DNA of 64,000 nucleotides from Candidatus Bathyarchaeia archaeon (lineage in GTDB: Archaea > Thermoproteota > Bathyarchaeia > Bathyarchaeales > DTEX01). Both the position numbers and the translations under genes were made by a program. Positions 10,356 to 20,261 of this stretch are shown piece by piece. The notes beneath the pieces were generated by a model. It made no database searches. It was not told the origin of the DNA and saw only the letters and a program-made list of their open reading frames with translations. Numbering within the stretch: the stretch's first letter is position 1; the number at the start of each line of letters is the position of its first letter. The stretch is from contig JAWAXF010000001.1 of assembly GCA_038897035.1 (NCBI GenBank), positions 27,895 through 91,894 of the forward strand, given 5' to 3'.

Positions 10356-11162
10356 TTGGATTGCGATATAAGCGTCTCAAAGCTTGATTTTGAAAGAACT
10401 GCTAATGAGATCGTTGATTTCATTAGGGGCGTTGTTGAAGGTTCCGGCGCCTCTGGGGTTGTTTTAGGCTTAAGTGGTGGCGTAGATAGTAGTTTAGTGG
10501 CAGCTCTATGCACCCGCGCCCTAGGAGGCGATAGGGTTCTGGGTGTCATAATGCCCACAAACTTCACACCTAAAGAGGATGTTGAGGACGCTCTTGAATT
10601 AGCCGGGATCCTTGGGATAAGGCATGTTACCGTAAATATTGATGAGATATGTGATTCCTTTATAAGGTCTTTGGGCGCGGATCCAGCTGATTTGAGGGTT
10701 AGGATGCCGCTTGCCAATCTGCGTGCCAGGGTTAGGATGGTGATATTGTATTTCTATGCGAACCTATATAATTATCTCGTCGCTGGAACAAGCGATAAGA
10801 GCGAATACTTAATAGGTTTCTTTACAAAGTACGGTGACGGTGCTGCGGACTTCTTTCCAATCAGGCACCTCTATAAGACCCAGGTTAAGGATCTCGCGGC
10901 TTACTTAGGCTTGCCTGAGAAGATTGTTAGGAAGCCGAGTAGCCCACAATTATATCCGGGGCATAAGCTCTCGGATGAGCTCCCAGTGGATTACTCAACT
11001 ATAGATCCGATACTCGTTGGCCTGCTTGAGAAGAAACTTACATGCGAGGAAGTCAGCAAAATCCTAAAAGTTCCTAGGGAGATAGTTGAGGATATCATGC
11101 GTAGGTATCTTAAAAGCATGCATAAGAGGATAAGCCCACCAACGCTAAAGGATGACAGATAG
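10356..11162 (+). CDS. nadE: NH3-dependent NAD+ synthetase
   Basis: GLSGGVDS, NLRARVRM, GFFTKYGDG, KPSSPQL. Confidence 0.95.
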   Translation: MDCDISVSKLDFERTANEIVDFIRGVVEGSGASGVVLGLSGGVDSSLVAALCTRALGGDRVLGVIMPTNFTPKEDVEDALELAGILGIRHVTVNIDEICDSFIRSLGADPADLRVRMPLANLRARVRMVILYFYANLYNYLVAGTSDKSEYLIGFFTKYGDGAADFFPIRHLYKTQVKDLAAYLGLPEKIVRKPSSPQLYPGHKLSDELPVDYSTIDPILVGLLEKKLTCEEVSKILKVPREIVEDIMRRYLKSMHKRISPPTLKDDR

Positions 11163-11221
11163 GGGATAAAGTTAAGAAACTTTAATTTAGCTAGTCCCTC
11201 ACTTGTTAGATTGGTGTCCCT

Positions 11222-12394
11222 ATGAAGATCTCGAGAAGGATGGATGTCATCAAGCCCTCAGGAACAATAGCTATGGCTGAGAAGGCCCGCGAGATCGCTA
11301 GGAGTGAGCGGAGGATACTCAACTTAGATATTGGGGAGCCGGACTTTGACACGCCCGAGCATATTAAGAGGGCCGCTATAGAGGCGCTTATGAACGGCTT
11401 TACACATTATACCTCGAGCCTTGGAATAATTGAGCTTAGGGTGGCCATCGCAGAGTACCTAAAAAATAGAAGAGATGTGGACGTAAACCCGGAGAAGGAG
11501 ATCATAATTACTCCAGGAGCTAAGCACGCGATCTACTGCGCATGTATGGCTACATTGGATCCAGGCGATGAGGTTCTTGTCTTGGCGCCCACGTGGCCGA
11601 CGCATTTCACATGCGTTGAGGCGGCTGGGGCCATCCCCCTGGAGATCCCATGCGGAGACACATATAGCGTTAATGAGGAGATACTTAAGGAGAAGGTAAC
11701 GGATAGAACAAAGATGATTTTAATAAATTCTCCCAATAATCCCACCGGTGGGGTGCTGAGTATAGATAATTTGAAGGTTATCGCCGACCTTGCTGCGGAC
11801 CATGACCTCCTAGTCCTTTCTGATGAGATATATGACGAGATAGTTTATGATGGTGTTAAGGTTAAGAGTATGCTGAGTTTCGAGGATATTAGGGACAATG
11901 TGATAGTTGTTAATGGGCTCAGTAAAACTTTTGCTATGACCGGGTGGAGACTTGGCTATGCCATAGCTAACGAGAGAATAATTGAAGCTATGAATAGGCT
12001 GCAGCAGGCTACTACGACATGCCCAACGAGCTTTGTCCAGGTAGCTGGCATAGCTGCCCTTAAGGGACCGATGGATAGCTTTAAGAGGATGATAGAGGAA
12101 TTCGATTGCCGGAGGAAGTATATTGTAAGGGCGCTCAACGAGATCCCGGGCGTTAGGTGCGTTATGCCCAAAGGTGCCTTCTACGTCTTCCCAAGACTTC
12201 AAGGAGTGAAGATGTCTAGCTTCGAAATAAGCATGAGGCTCCTTGAAGAGGAATGCGTGTCCACAACGCCTGGAAGCACCTTCGGTGAATGTGGTGAGGG
12301 TTATATTCGCATATCCTACGCGACCAGCCTTAAAACAATAGCTGAGGCTATGGAAAGAATTAAGAAATTCGTTGAGAGATACTCAGTTAAATAG
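11222..12394 (+). CDS. Class I PLP-dependent (aspartate-type) aminotransferase
   Basis: GEPDFDTP, NSPNNPTG, SDEIY, SKTFAMTGWRLGY. Confidence 0.92.
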   Translation: MKISRRMDVIKPSGTIAMAEKAREIARSERRILNLDIGEPDFDTPEHIKRAAIEALMNGFTHYTSSLGIIELRVAIAEYLKNRRDVDVNPEKEIIITPGAKHAIYCACMATLDPGDEVLVLAPTWPTHFTCVEAAGAIPLEIPCGDTYSVNEEILKEKVTDRTKMILINSPNNPTGGVLSIDNLKVIADLAADHDLLVLSDEIYDEIVYDGVKVKSMLSFEDIRDNVIVVNGLSKTFAMTGWRLGYAIANERIIEAMNRLQQATTTCPTSFVQVAGIAALKGPMDSFKRMIEEFDCRRKYIVRALNEIPGVRCVMPKGAFYVFPRLQGVKMSSFEISMRLLEEECVSTTPGSTFGECGEGYIRISYATSLKTIAEAMERIKKFVERYSVK

Positions 12395-12425
12395 GAGCTT
12401 TCGTTAGCGGTGGAGGGGGTAGGGG

Positions 12426-13520
12426 ATGCCATTTGATAGCAGATCCGTGGATTTCTTAAGGAGGCTTACTGAATCTTTCGGTCCTTCTGGTTTTGAGCGG
12501 GAGACCGTAAGAATAGTGAAGGAGTACATGAAGCCGTACTCCGATAATATCCTCACCGACAAACTGGGCTCCATGGTATTTGTCTCAAAGGGGGAGCGTG
12601 AGAGACCGCATGTCCTATTAGCTGGTCATGTTGACGAGGTTGGCTTTGTAATATCGGGGGTGGATGAGAACACCGGCTTTTTAACATTTAATCCCCTCGG
12701 TGGGTGGTGGGATCAAGTACTACTCTCCCAGAGGGTTGTTATTAGAACCGAGAAGGGCGACATACATGGCGTTATAGCGGCTAAGCCGCCGCACCTATTA
12801 ACTGATGAGGAGAGGCAGAAGCCCGTTGAGAGGAGGAACATGTACATTGATGTGGGCGTATCCTCCGCTAAGGAGGCTGCTGAGCTCGGGATTAAGATAG
12901 GTGACCCCGCGGTACCATGGTCTCCATTCATGTTAACTAATAATGGTAGGGTTGCCATGGGTAAGGCGTTCGACGATAGAATAGGCGTCTTCGTGATAAT
13001 GGAGGCGATACGGAGAATAAAAGAGAATAGCATTAAGCATCCAAATACTATCTATGCGGCTGCGACGGTTCAGGAGGAGGTTGGGGCTAGGGGGGCTCAG
13101 ACGGTTGCCCATATAGTTGACCCGGATGTCTGCATAGTCGTTGAGGTGGACATTGCTGGCGATGTCCCGAGTATAAAGCCCAGCGAAGCCCCGACGAAGA
13201 TGGGTAGGGGGCCGAGCCTATGCACATATGACAGTAGCATGATCCCAAATCAGCCTCTTAAGGAGTTCGTTATTAGAGTTGCTAGAGAGATCGGCATCCC
13301 GCTTCAGCTGTCTCAGATAGCTAGAGGTGGGACGGATGCCGGCAGGATTCACATTAGTAGGGCTGGCTGCCCAAGCGTCGTTATAGGCGTGCCTACAAGG
13401 CATATCCACAGCCACGTAAGCCTAGTGAACTTGGAAGATGCGGAAAACACCGTTAGGCTCGTGCTAGAGCTCATTAAGAGACTCGATCAAGAGACTGTCG
13501 AGAGCTTCATAGCCATATAG
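12426..13520 (+). CDS. M42 family (TET) aminopeptidase
   Basis: GPSGFE, AGHVDEVG, KAFDDRIG, QEEVGARGA, GGTDAG, RHIHS. Confidence 0.93.
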   Translation: MPFDSRSVDFLRRLTESFGPSGFERETVRIVKEYMKPYSDNILTDKLGSMVFVSKGERERPHVLLAGHVDEVGFVISGVDENTGFLTFNPLGGWWDQVLLSQRVVIRTEKGDIHGVIAAKPPHLLTDEERQKPVERRNMYIDVGVSSAKEAAELGIKIGDPAVPWSPFMLTNNGRVAMGKAFDDRIGVFVIMEAIRRIKENSIKHPNTIYAAATVQEEVGARGAQTVAHIVDPDVCIVVEVDIAGDVPSIKPSEAPTKMGRGPSLCTYDSSMIPNQPLKEFVIRVAREIGIPLQLSQIARGGTDAGRIHISRAGCPSVVIGVPTRHIHSHVSLVNLEDAENTVRLVLELIKRLDQETVESFIAI

Positions 13521-13651
13521 CCGAGTCTTCTATATTATCGCCAATTATTTTATCCTCCCTTTAATTACTGCCTAAAAGGTGTTTCGCGGAGCCGTTCGTT
13601 GGAAACTGTTTTAAAGTGGGTTTGAGATTAAATACAGCTAGCGTGATTATT

Positions 13652-14299
13652 ATGAGTTTAAGCAGTTTTCTAAGCAAGATAAGGGAGGAATTATTGAAGA
13701 AAGATGAGGTACGCCAGGAGACCCAAAATTTAGCGAGAAGGACTACCAGAATATCTAAACAGGTAATCTTCTCTGTTCATAGGGATATGATTGCTGAGGC
13801 TGAAAATCTCCTTAGAGAAGCAGAAGCGAACATAAATGAGCTCGTTGAGCTCTCAAAATCTTACCCGGAGATCTGTATTGGGTTAATAGATACTCCGCTC
13901 CAAGAGTACGCTGAGGCCAAGATATTTCTTGAGCTCATTAGAAGCGGGAACTTTATGGGCCCCCGAGAGGTTGGTGTTCCAGGGGATTCCTATGTCCTCG
14001 GGCTGGCCGACGTCGTGGGCGAGCTGAGGAGAAGAGCCCTTGACCTAATAAGGAGGGATGATATTAGGGGCGCTGAGGAATGCCTAAATCTGATGGAGAC
14101 AATATACAGCGAGCTAATAGGATGCGACGAGCTCCAAGCGTTGATACCTGGGCTTAGGAGGAAATGTGATATAGCAAGAAGAATTGTGGAGGCAACGAGG
14201 GGCGATGTAACCATTGAGGGTAGGAGAACTATACTAAACAACGCCATAAAGGATCTGCAGAGGACCCTGAAATCGATCACAAGTGATGTTGAGAAATGA
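13652..14299 (+). CDS. Translin/TRAX (C3PO-like) family protein
   Basis: QEYAEA, YVLGLADVVGELRR, LRRKCD translin motifs. Confidence 0.88.
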   Translation: MSLSSFLSKIREELLKKDEVRQETQNLARRTTRISKQVIFSVHRDMIAEAENLLREAEANINELVELSKSYPEICIGLIDTPLQEYAEAKIFLELIRSGNFMGPREVGVPGDSYVLGLADVVGELRRRALDLIRRDDIRGAEECLNLMETIYSELIGCDELQALIPGLRRKCDIARRIVEATRGDVTIEGRRTILNNAIKDLQRTLKSITSDVEK

Positions 14300-15015
14300 G
14301 GGAGATTAACCTCCCACAGAATATAAACTTTAACTTGGAGAAGGCTCGGAAGGCCCAAATAGTCCTATCAAAGATGGTTATTAGGGAGGATCAGATAAAC
14401 ATGCCGATAAAGTATGTTGCCGGGGTCGATGTGGCTTATGCTGGTAATAACTCCATTGGCGTGGCCGCGGTGCTAAACTATGAGTCTCTTAAGCCAGTGG
14501 AGGTTAAGCTGGCTACCGTTAAAGCTAAGTTCCCATATATGCCGACGCTGCTATCTTTTAGGGAGATGCCCGCCGCGGTTGCCGCTATTAAGAGACTCGA
14601 TATTAAGCCTGATGTTTTCCTAGTGGATGGGCAGGGGGTAGCCCATCCATATAGGCTTGGCTTTGCAAGCCACCTCGGCGTAACCCTAAATGTTCCAGCG
14701 ATAGGTGTTGCCAAGAGAATTTTGTGCGGTGAGGTTGTGGGGGAGGGTGATGTCTGGAGGCCGATTGTACATGAGGGTGAGGTTGTGGGCGCCGCTGTCT
14801 ACACGAGGCGTGGTAGTAAGCCAGTCTATGTTAGCATCGGCCATAAAGTCTCATTGGAAACCGCCATAAAAGTAGTCTTAGCGTGCACGAGGGGTCATAG
14901 GATCCCGGAGCCGCTTCGCATATCCCATATATCCGCCGAAAGGGCAAAGGAGGAATTTATGCAGGATATTTATTCTCCTAAAGGATCTATTGGAGGGGGC
15001 CCGAATGAGTATTGA
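14296..15015 (+). CDS. nfi: Endonuclease V
   Basis: AGVDVAY, FPYMPTLLSFRE, VDGQGVAHP, IGVAK, PVYVSIGH, RIPEPLR. Confidence 0.95.
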   Translation: MREINLPQNINFNLEKARKAQIVLSKMVIREDQINMPIKYVAGVDVAYAGNNSIGVAAVLNYESLKPVEVKLATVKAKFPYMPTLLSFREMPAAVAAIKRLDIKPDVFLVDGQGVAHPYRLGFASHLGVTLNVPAIGVAKRILCGEVVGEGDVWRPIVHEGEVVGAAVYTRRGSKPVYVSIGHKVSLETAIKVVLACTRGHRIPEPLRISHISAERAKEEFMQDIYSPKGSIGGGPNEY

Positions 15016-15697
15016 TCCTAGGTTAATGGAAATCATAAATAGGATTAGGGACGAGTCGCTTAGGAGGAAGATGCTGGATCTTCTAAGCGATATCTCGGTT
15101 AGGCTTGGTGGGAGGGAGTTCACTGGCTTACCGCTCGCCGAGTCCCCTGCGAGCAGAGCGCATCATCATAGCTACCCCGGCGGGTTAATAGATCACATCT
15201 TGTCCATGGTGAACATCGGTTTGGCACTGTGCGACTCCGTGGAGAACGTGTATGGCGGGGAGGTTAACAGGGACTACGTTGTATGCGGGGTCATATTACA
15301 TGACATATTTAAGCCGTTAACCTATGGAATGAAGAGTGACGGAACCTATATTTTCTCGCAGCTTGGGGAGCGCATAGACCACCTAACATTAATAGTCTCA
15401 GAGCTCCTGAATAGAGACTTTCCCATAGATTTGGTCCATGTGGTCGCCTCAAGTCATGGTCAGGGGAGCCCGATATCGCCTAAAACCATCGAGGCTCTAA
15501 TATGCCACATAGCGGATGAGACTGATTCGAGGCTGAATGGGGAGATACTGAATGCGGCTAAATACTTGGTTAGGGAGACAACCGGCGAGACTTGGGAGAG
15601 AATGGATTCAAAGACGGCCATGAAGATCATAGCCCAAAAGGCTAGGGGCGGTTGGGAGGGGCTCAGAGCATGGATAGAATCTATAAAAGGGAAATAG
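15005..15697 (+). CDS. HD-domain phosphohydrolase (YhaM/HDIG-like)
   Basis: PASRAHHHSYPGGLIDH, LHDIFK, SSHG, HIADETDS. Confidence 0.85.
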   Translation: MSIDPRLMEIINRIRDESLRRKMLDLLSDISVRLGGREFTGLPLAESPASRAHHHSYPGGLIDHILSMVNIGLALCDSVENVYGGEVNRDYVVCGVILHDIFKPLTYGMKSDGTYIFSQLGERIDHLTLIVSELLNRDFPIDLVHVVASSHGQGSPISPKTIEALICHIADETDSRLNGEILNAAKYLVRETTGETWERMDSKTAMKIIAQKARGGWEGLRAWIESIKGK

Positions 15698-15864
15698 ATG
15701 CCAAATTAAAGCACCAGCAATGAAGATCATTTTAAAGAGATTTGTATTTTTCTTAGTGAAGGGAAAATTTAACTGCTTGTCTTCTCCGGCAGCTTCTTGG
15801 ATCTAGCCCTCTCTCTAGGGTCTATGAGCCTTAAGCGCAGTGCATCGGTTCTTGGCTAAATGCC

Positions 15865-16386
15865 CTAAATGTTAAGTTCTAGTATTTCGGCGCTTCTTCT
15901 CTCCGTGTTTAGTATGGCGATTGTTGCCCGCCCGCTTAGATAGCCGCATGCCTCGCCCGGATTTATAACGAGGGTTCTGCCGACGCTATATATCTCTGCC
16001 TTATGGGTGTGGCCGTGAACAATCACATCATAATAGCCTGAGTTGATTATGGCTCTGAGTAGGGCTTCGTCCTCCCCATGTATCAATGCCGTCCTCAGCC
16101 CACCAACATTTAATTCGGCGAACCTGCCATGAAGATTCGCTCCGATCTCCTCAAATCTCCTTCTTAGGAGATCGTGGTCGCCGTCGTTGTTGCCGAATAT
16201 GCCGATGAGCTTAGCTTTCAATGGCTTAAAACGCAGTACTGCGAAGGGTGCGACATAGTCGCCTGCATGAAGCACTAAATTAACATTCTCATCATTAAGT
16301 CTCTTAACAATTGAATCTATTGCCTGTATTCTATCATGTGTATCAGCGACAATACCAACCCTCTTTGCATCGGGGAAAGCGGTCAT
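15865..16386 (-). CDS. YfcE/MJ0936 family metallophosphoesterase
   Basis: ADTHD, HAGD, GNND, HGHTH, NPGE motifs. Confidence 0.9.
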   Translation of the reverse strand: MTAFPDAKRVGIVADTHDRIQAIDSIVKRLNDENVNLVLHAGDYVAPFAVLRFKPLKAKLIGIFGNNDGDHDLLRRRFEEIGANLHGRFAELNVGGLRTALIHGEDEALLRAIINSGYYDVIVHGHTHKAEIYSVGRTLVINPGEACGYLSGRATIAILNTERRSAEILELNI

Positions 16387-16415
16387 ACTATGCCCCCTAA
16401 ACCTTGTTAAGCGGT

Positions 16416-16625
16416 CTAATTCTCTGCCGCCTCGCCTCTGCCAGCGCCCCGCGGAGCCACCTTATACTTTGTGAAGCCGCAGTGGCCACAGGTGTAGCGG
16501 TTTCCATGGTCCGCCATGAAGTATCCTGGGCCGCATCTATCACAGAAGGGGAGTAGTCTCCTAAGCTTTCCATTTTCAATCCTGTAATATGATGAAATAA
16601 GATTCTTTTCGCCCTTCTTTGGCAT
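16416..16625 (-). CDS. rps27ae: 30S ribosomal protein S27ae (eS31)
   Basis: CDRCGPGYFMADHGNRYTCGHCG zinc ribbon; conserved operon position. Confidence 0.95.
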   Translation of the reverse strand: MPKKGEKNLISSYYRIENGKLRRLLPFCDRCGPGYFMADHGNRYTCGHCGFTKYKVAPRGAGRGEAAEN

Positions 16626-16931
16626 TTACCCTTCACTCTCCCCCTTTTTGGGTGTGTTTCTGGTTATTATATGTTTTGGCTCGAGTATTTCAGCTTGATC
16701 TGGCGAATTGTAGATGTGTGCCTCGCCCCTGGTTGTCATCGTTCCAATCCTCGTCTTCATTTTCACTACATAAATTCTATCGACATCAGCTTTGAGTAGG
16801 TTAGCTATCTTCTCTCTAACCTCTTTGCGCGTTGGGGTTGGCCCCCTCTCGTGTGAAACCATGAAAAACACCTCTTTTCTTTTGAGCAACTCATTATATT
16901 TAGTATCCACTATCTTTACATCAAGCTTCAC
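16626..16931 (-). CDS. rps24e: 30S ribosomal protein S24e
   Basis: NELLKRKEV, TPTRKEVR, GEAHIY, EPKHIITRN. Confidence 0.95.
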   Translation of the reverse strand: MKLDVKIVDTKYNELLKRKEVFFMVSHERGPTPTRKEVREKIANLLKADVDRIYVVKMKTRIGTMTTRGEAHIYNSPDQAEILEPKHIITRNTPKKGESEG

Positions 16932-16934
16932 TCC

Positions 16935-17495
16935 TCAAACCCCCATGTAATCAAGATTATTCTCTTCATGTATATCCCGCTTATATTCCGTTCTCTCCAC
17001 AATTTTATGCATCTTTTCCTTTGACTCTTTATTAACACTTATTACCACCGCTCCCTCATTTGGCTGCCCGTACACGACCATCGAGCCCTCCGGGGCCAGC
17101 AGAACAGCGACTATCGTTAAGAGGTCCTCCTCACCTTCAACGAGAACCTCGACTGGGCCATCGGAACTGATTGCCTCACCTATAACCAGCCAAGAGTCCC
17201 TTGTAATCATGCCAGCTGGATTAGATAAGTTTAGGATTTTATTAGCCCTATAATTCATCCGCTCAATGGGTTTACGCATAGACCTGTTATCTATGATAAA
17301 AACGTCTACCCTCAACCCCCTTTCAAGGAGACTTTTAGAGATAATATCGCCCACCGTTATAACCTTGCTTGGCTTATAATCATTAATTATTCTGCCAATG
17401 GCCTCTGTAACCTCCTTAATATTTCCCCTTATAAGCAGTCCAAGCGGTTTCTTCAGCTCGTCTCTGAGGTCTGGTGTAAGTATATAGGTTCCCAC
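16935..17495 (-). CDS. GTP-dependent dephospho-CoA kinase (DUF359)
   Basis: LKKPLG, VGDI, NPAGMI, GEEDLL, YGQPNEG; conserved position between spt4 and rps24e. Confidence 0.9.
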   Translation of the reverse strand: MGTYILTPDLRDELKKPLGLLIRGNIKEVTEAIGRIINDYKPSKVITVGDIISKSLLERGLRVDVFIIDNRSMRKPIERMNYRANKILNLSNPAGMITRDSWLVIGEAISSDGPVEVLVEGEEDLLTIVAVLLAPEGSMVVYGQPNEGAVVISVNKESKEKMHKIVERTEYKRDIHEENNLDYMGV

Positions 17496-17496
17496 T

Positions 17497-17682
17497 TCAC
17501 CTCACTTTGATGGCGTATCGGCCCTTCTTCTCAATCTTTAGGGTTTTCGCTATAACTGAATTTTCTGGGTCGAATATAAAGACGACGCCGCTGAAGTCCT
17601 CGCTTAAGTCCGTTGACTTGCAGTTTGGGCAGACCTTTTCCTCAGTTATATAGTGACATCTTCTGCAGGCTCTCTCAACCAC
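17497..17682 (-). CDS. spt4: Transcription elongation factor Spt4 (RpoE'')
   Basis: RACRRCH...CPNC...G.YAIKVR. Confidence 0.95.
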   Translation of the reverse strand: MVERACRRCHYITEEKVCPNCKSTDLSEDFSGVVFIFDPENSVIAKTLKIEKKGRYAIKVR

Positions 17683-17692
17683 AGATAACCCC

Positions 17693-18289
17693 TCATTCTT
17701 TCTTTTTGGCCTTCGCCTCCTCCTTTGCCTCCAATTCTCCCCTGAGCTTCTTTAGGTCCTCTTCGATCCACTCGATCTTCCCTAAAAATGGTTGCCGGGC
17801 CGTCACACCAATTTTTCCAAGTCCAGAGCCCTTGCTAAGCGAGACCGCAGTTATCCTGACGCGCATTCTATCGCCGATGCTTACCTTCCTCTTCGTCTCC
17901 TTCCCCATCAAGACTCCCTGCTTCTCGTCATAGGTTATGAAGTCGTCCATAATTTGAGATATATGTAGGAGCGCATCAACTGGGCCGACGCGAATAAATG
18001 CCCCGAAGTCCGCAACCTCAACAACCTCCCCCTCGACAACCTCTTGGATCTTCGGCATGAATGTTAGAAGCGAGAAGACAACTTTGTGGTGTGTCGCCGG
18101 GTCACCGGGTATTATCTTACCGACCGATGAGACCTTAACATCAGTGACGGCTATCAGGTAGCCTAGCTCCTCATCTATCATGCCAACATACTTTGCCCTA
18201 AGCTGCTCTAACGCAACTTTCTCAAGGGGCTCATTAAACCTATTGGGCGGTATGCGGACAGTATCCTCGATGGTTGCCAAGCTAAACGT
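17693..18289 (-). CDS. rpo7: RNA polymerase subunit Rpo7 (E'); probable ACG start at 18289
   Basis: EDTVRIPP, EVVEGEV, FGAFIRVGPVDALLHISQI, RQPFLGK. Confidence 0.95.
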   Translation of the reverse strand, partial: TFSLATIEDTVRIPPNRFNEPLEKVALEQLRAKYVGMIDEELGYLIAVTDVKVSSVGKIIPGDPATHHKVVFSLLTFMPKIQEVVEGEVVEVADFGAFIRVGPVDALLHISQIMDDFITYDEKQGVLMGKETKRKVSIGDRMRVRITAVSLSKGSGLGKIGVTARQPFLGKIEWIEEDLKKLRGELEAKEEAKAKKKE

Positions 18290-18380
18290 ATTATTTCACT
18301 CCCCACAAAAACTTCATCTAATAAATATTATTGAAAATGCATATTGAAAGGTCATTTAAAAACTTTTTGAGGGCTTAGGG

Positions 18381-19385
18381 CTACTCGAACCTTCTATCTA
18401 CAATATCCCAGACTTCCGGCCCTGTTCCAATAAACGTCACCGGTATCTTTATCTCACTCTCTATCCTCTTAATAAACTCCCTTGCCTCAGCGGATAAATC
18501 GTTAAATGACCTTGCACCCTTACACTCTGGAAATAGGACATCAATCTTAGTCAAGGCCGCCTGAGTGGCGCTATTTAGCATAACCGCCCTCTTAGCCAAG
18601 TCAAAGTTGAAGGGGGCAGACCTCCTCCTCCTACCAGTTACAGAGGCTATCTCAGCCCAGCCCCTCCTCTCAGCCTCCTCCCAAGATATCTCGCCGGGGA
18701 GTGGCCCGGCGCCAACTCTAGTAACATAAGCCTTAAAGACTACTATAACCTCATCAACCTTCTTCGGCCCGACGCCAACATCCGAGCACGCAGCCGAGGC
18801 TGTGACGTCCTTAGAGGTGACATACGGATACGTCCCATGCCAAAGAGATAGAAATGTCCCCTGCGTCCCCTCAATTAAAACGCTCTCGCCATCATCAATG
18901 GCGTTATTCACCTCTAATGGCACGTCCCTCAGGAACCTTTGTAGCTCCGGTACGTCTCTGGCCAGCTTCGCCCTCCTTAATACTCGATCCGCATTGCATG
19001 GCCCGGTTCCACTTCCTGTCGTCCCTATCTCGGATGCTAGGTGCCCGGATTTATCCGTCTCTATATGTTTCGGCTCAATGATGGCGCATTGGGGGTCAAG
19101 CCCAACCCTATCCCCAACATTAAGGAGATTAACCTCGCTTAGAAAGACATTTGGATCGACAATAACCCCCGGGCCTATCAGGAGGCGGCACTTTTCGTAG
19201 ACGAAGGCGCTTGGAACCATGCGAACCCTAAATGTTTTGCCCTCATGGACCACGGTGTGCCCAGCATTCGGCCCGACGCCAGCCCTCACGGCTACGTTGA
19301 CCTTATCCCTCAGAGCGAGGTAGGATATTATTTTCCCCTTACCAGTATCCCCAAAAAAGCCACAAACAATAACCGTGCACGGCAT
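18381..19385 (-). CDS. purA: Adenylosuccinate synthetase (short archaeal type)
   Basis: GDTGKGK, GPNAGHT, EGTQG, YPYVTS, TRVGAGP, VTGRRRR. Confidence 0.95.
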   Translation of the reverse strand: MPCTVIVCGFFGDTGKGKIISYLALRDKVNVAVRAGVGPNAGHTVVHEGKTFRVRMVPSAFVYEKCRLLIGPGVIVDPNVFLSEVNLLNVGDRVGLDPQCAIIEPKHIETDKSGHLASEIGTTGSGTGPCNADRVLRRAKLARDVPELQRFLRDVPLEVNNAIDDGESVLIEGTQGTFLSLWHGTYPYVTSKDVTASAACSDVGVGPKKVDEVIVVFKAYVTRVGAGPLPGEISWEEAERRGWAEIASVTGRRRRSAPFNFDLAKRAVMLNSATQAALTKIDVLFPECKGARSFNDLSAEAREFIKRIESEIKIPVTFIGTGPEVWDIVDRRFE

Positions 19386-19499
19386 ACCAAAATCCCCACC
19401 ACAGTTAAAAAAGAGATTCCTAAAAGATAAAATTATGCTTTCTGATAATAAGGTGTGGAGATCACGAATTGCCGCTGAAGGTTGTTGGGTGGTGTGGAG

Positions 19500-20258
19500 A
19501 TGCAGATGATTAGGATAATACCAGTTACTGGGATGCCAATAATTAAGGAGGGGGATGATTTAGGCCTTCTTATATGCGAGGCTGCCGCTAGGCAGGGTAC
19601 GCCCATCGAGAATGACGATATAATTGTCGTAACCCACGTGGTTATCTCAAGGGCCGAGGGGAGCGTAGTAAATTTGGATAAGATATTCCCCTCAGAGTTC
19701 GCTAAGAGTGTAGCGGAGAACCTCGACAAAGACCCGGCGCTGGTGGAGGTTATCCTAAGGGAGTCTAGATCTATTGCCCGCATGGGCGGCGGCCACATAA
19801 TTGTGGAGACAAAGCACGGCTTCATATGCGCTAACGCTGGAGTGGATAAGTCAAATGTTCCAGGAGATAGGAATGTGGCCCTCCTGCCTAGAGACCCCGA
19901 CCTATCTGCCCGTAAGATAAGGGAGAGAATAAGGGAGATAACTGGCAAGGACGTGGCCGTAATAATCTCCGATACCCATGGAAGGCCACTGCGGGAGGGT
20001 GAAATAAATGTTGCTATTGGAGTGGCTGGGATAAAGCCCATTCGGGATAGGAGGGGTGAGAAGGACCTCTTTGGATATGTTCTTAGGGTTAAGAGGACGG
20101 CTGTTGCCGATGAGCTGGCCTCGGCCGCGGAGCTGGTTATAGGCCAAGCCGATGAGGGGATACCAGCGGCGATAATAAGGGGCTACCGATATGAGGGGAG
20201 CGAGGATGCAACCGCTAAAGACCTCATAATGCCAAGAGAAAGAAGCCTCTTCCTGTAA
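19500..20258 (+). CDS. cofE: Coenzyme F420-0:L-glutamate ligase
   Basis: ETKHGFICANAGVDKSN, LLPRDPD, ISDTHGRPLREG, ADELASAA. Confidence 0.92.
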   Translation: MQMIRIIPVTGMPIIKEGDDLGLLICEAAARQGTPIENDDIIVVTHVVISRAEGSVVNLDKIFPSEFAKSVAENLDKDPALVEVILRESRSIARMGGGHIIVETKHGFICANAGVDKSNVPGDRNVALLPRDPDLSARKIRERIREITGKDVAVIISDTHGRPLREGEINVAIGVAGIKPIRDRRGEKDLFGYVLRVKRTAVADELASAAELVIGQADEGIPAAIIRGYRYEGSEDATAKDLIMPRERSLFL

Positions 20259-20261
20259 CCT

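Noticed and set aside
15700-15864. Possible sRNA or small ORF between the HD hydrolase and the phosphoesterase
   Set aside because: Only a 5-bp hairpin and a reading frame with no start codon; box motifs are incomplete.
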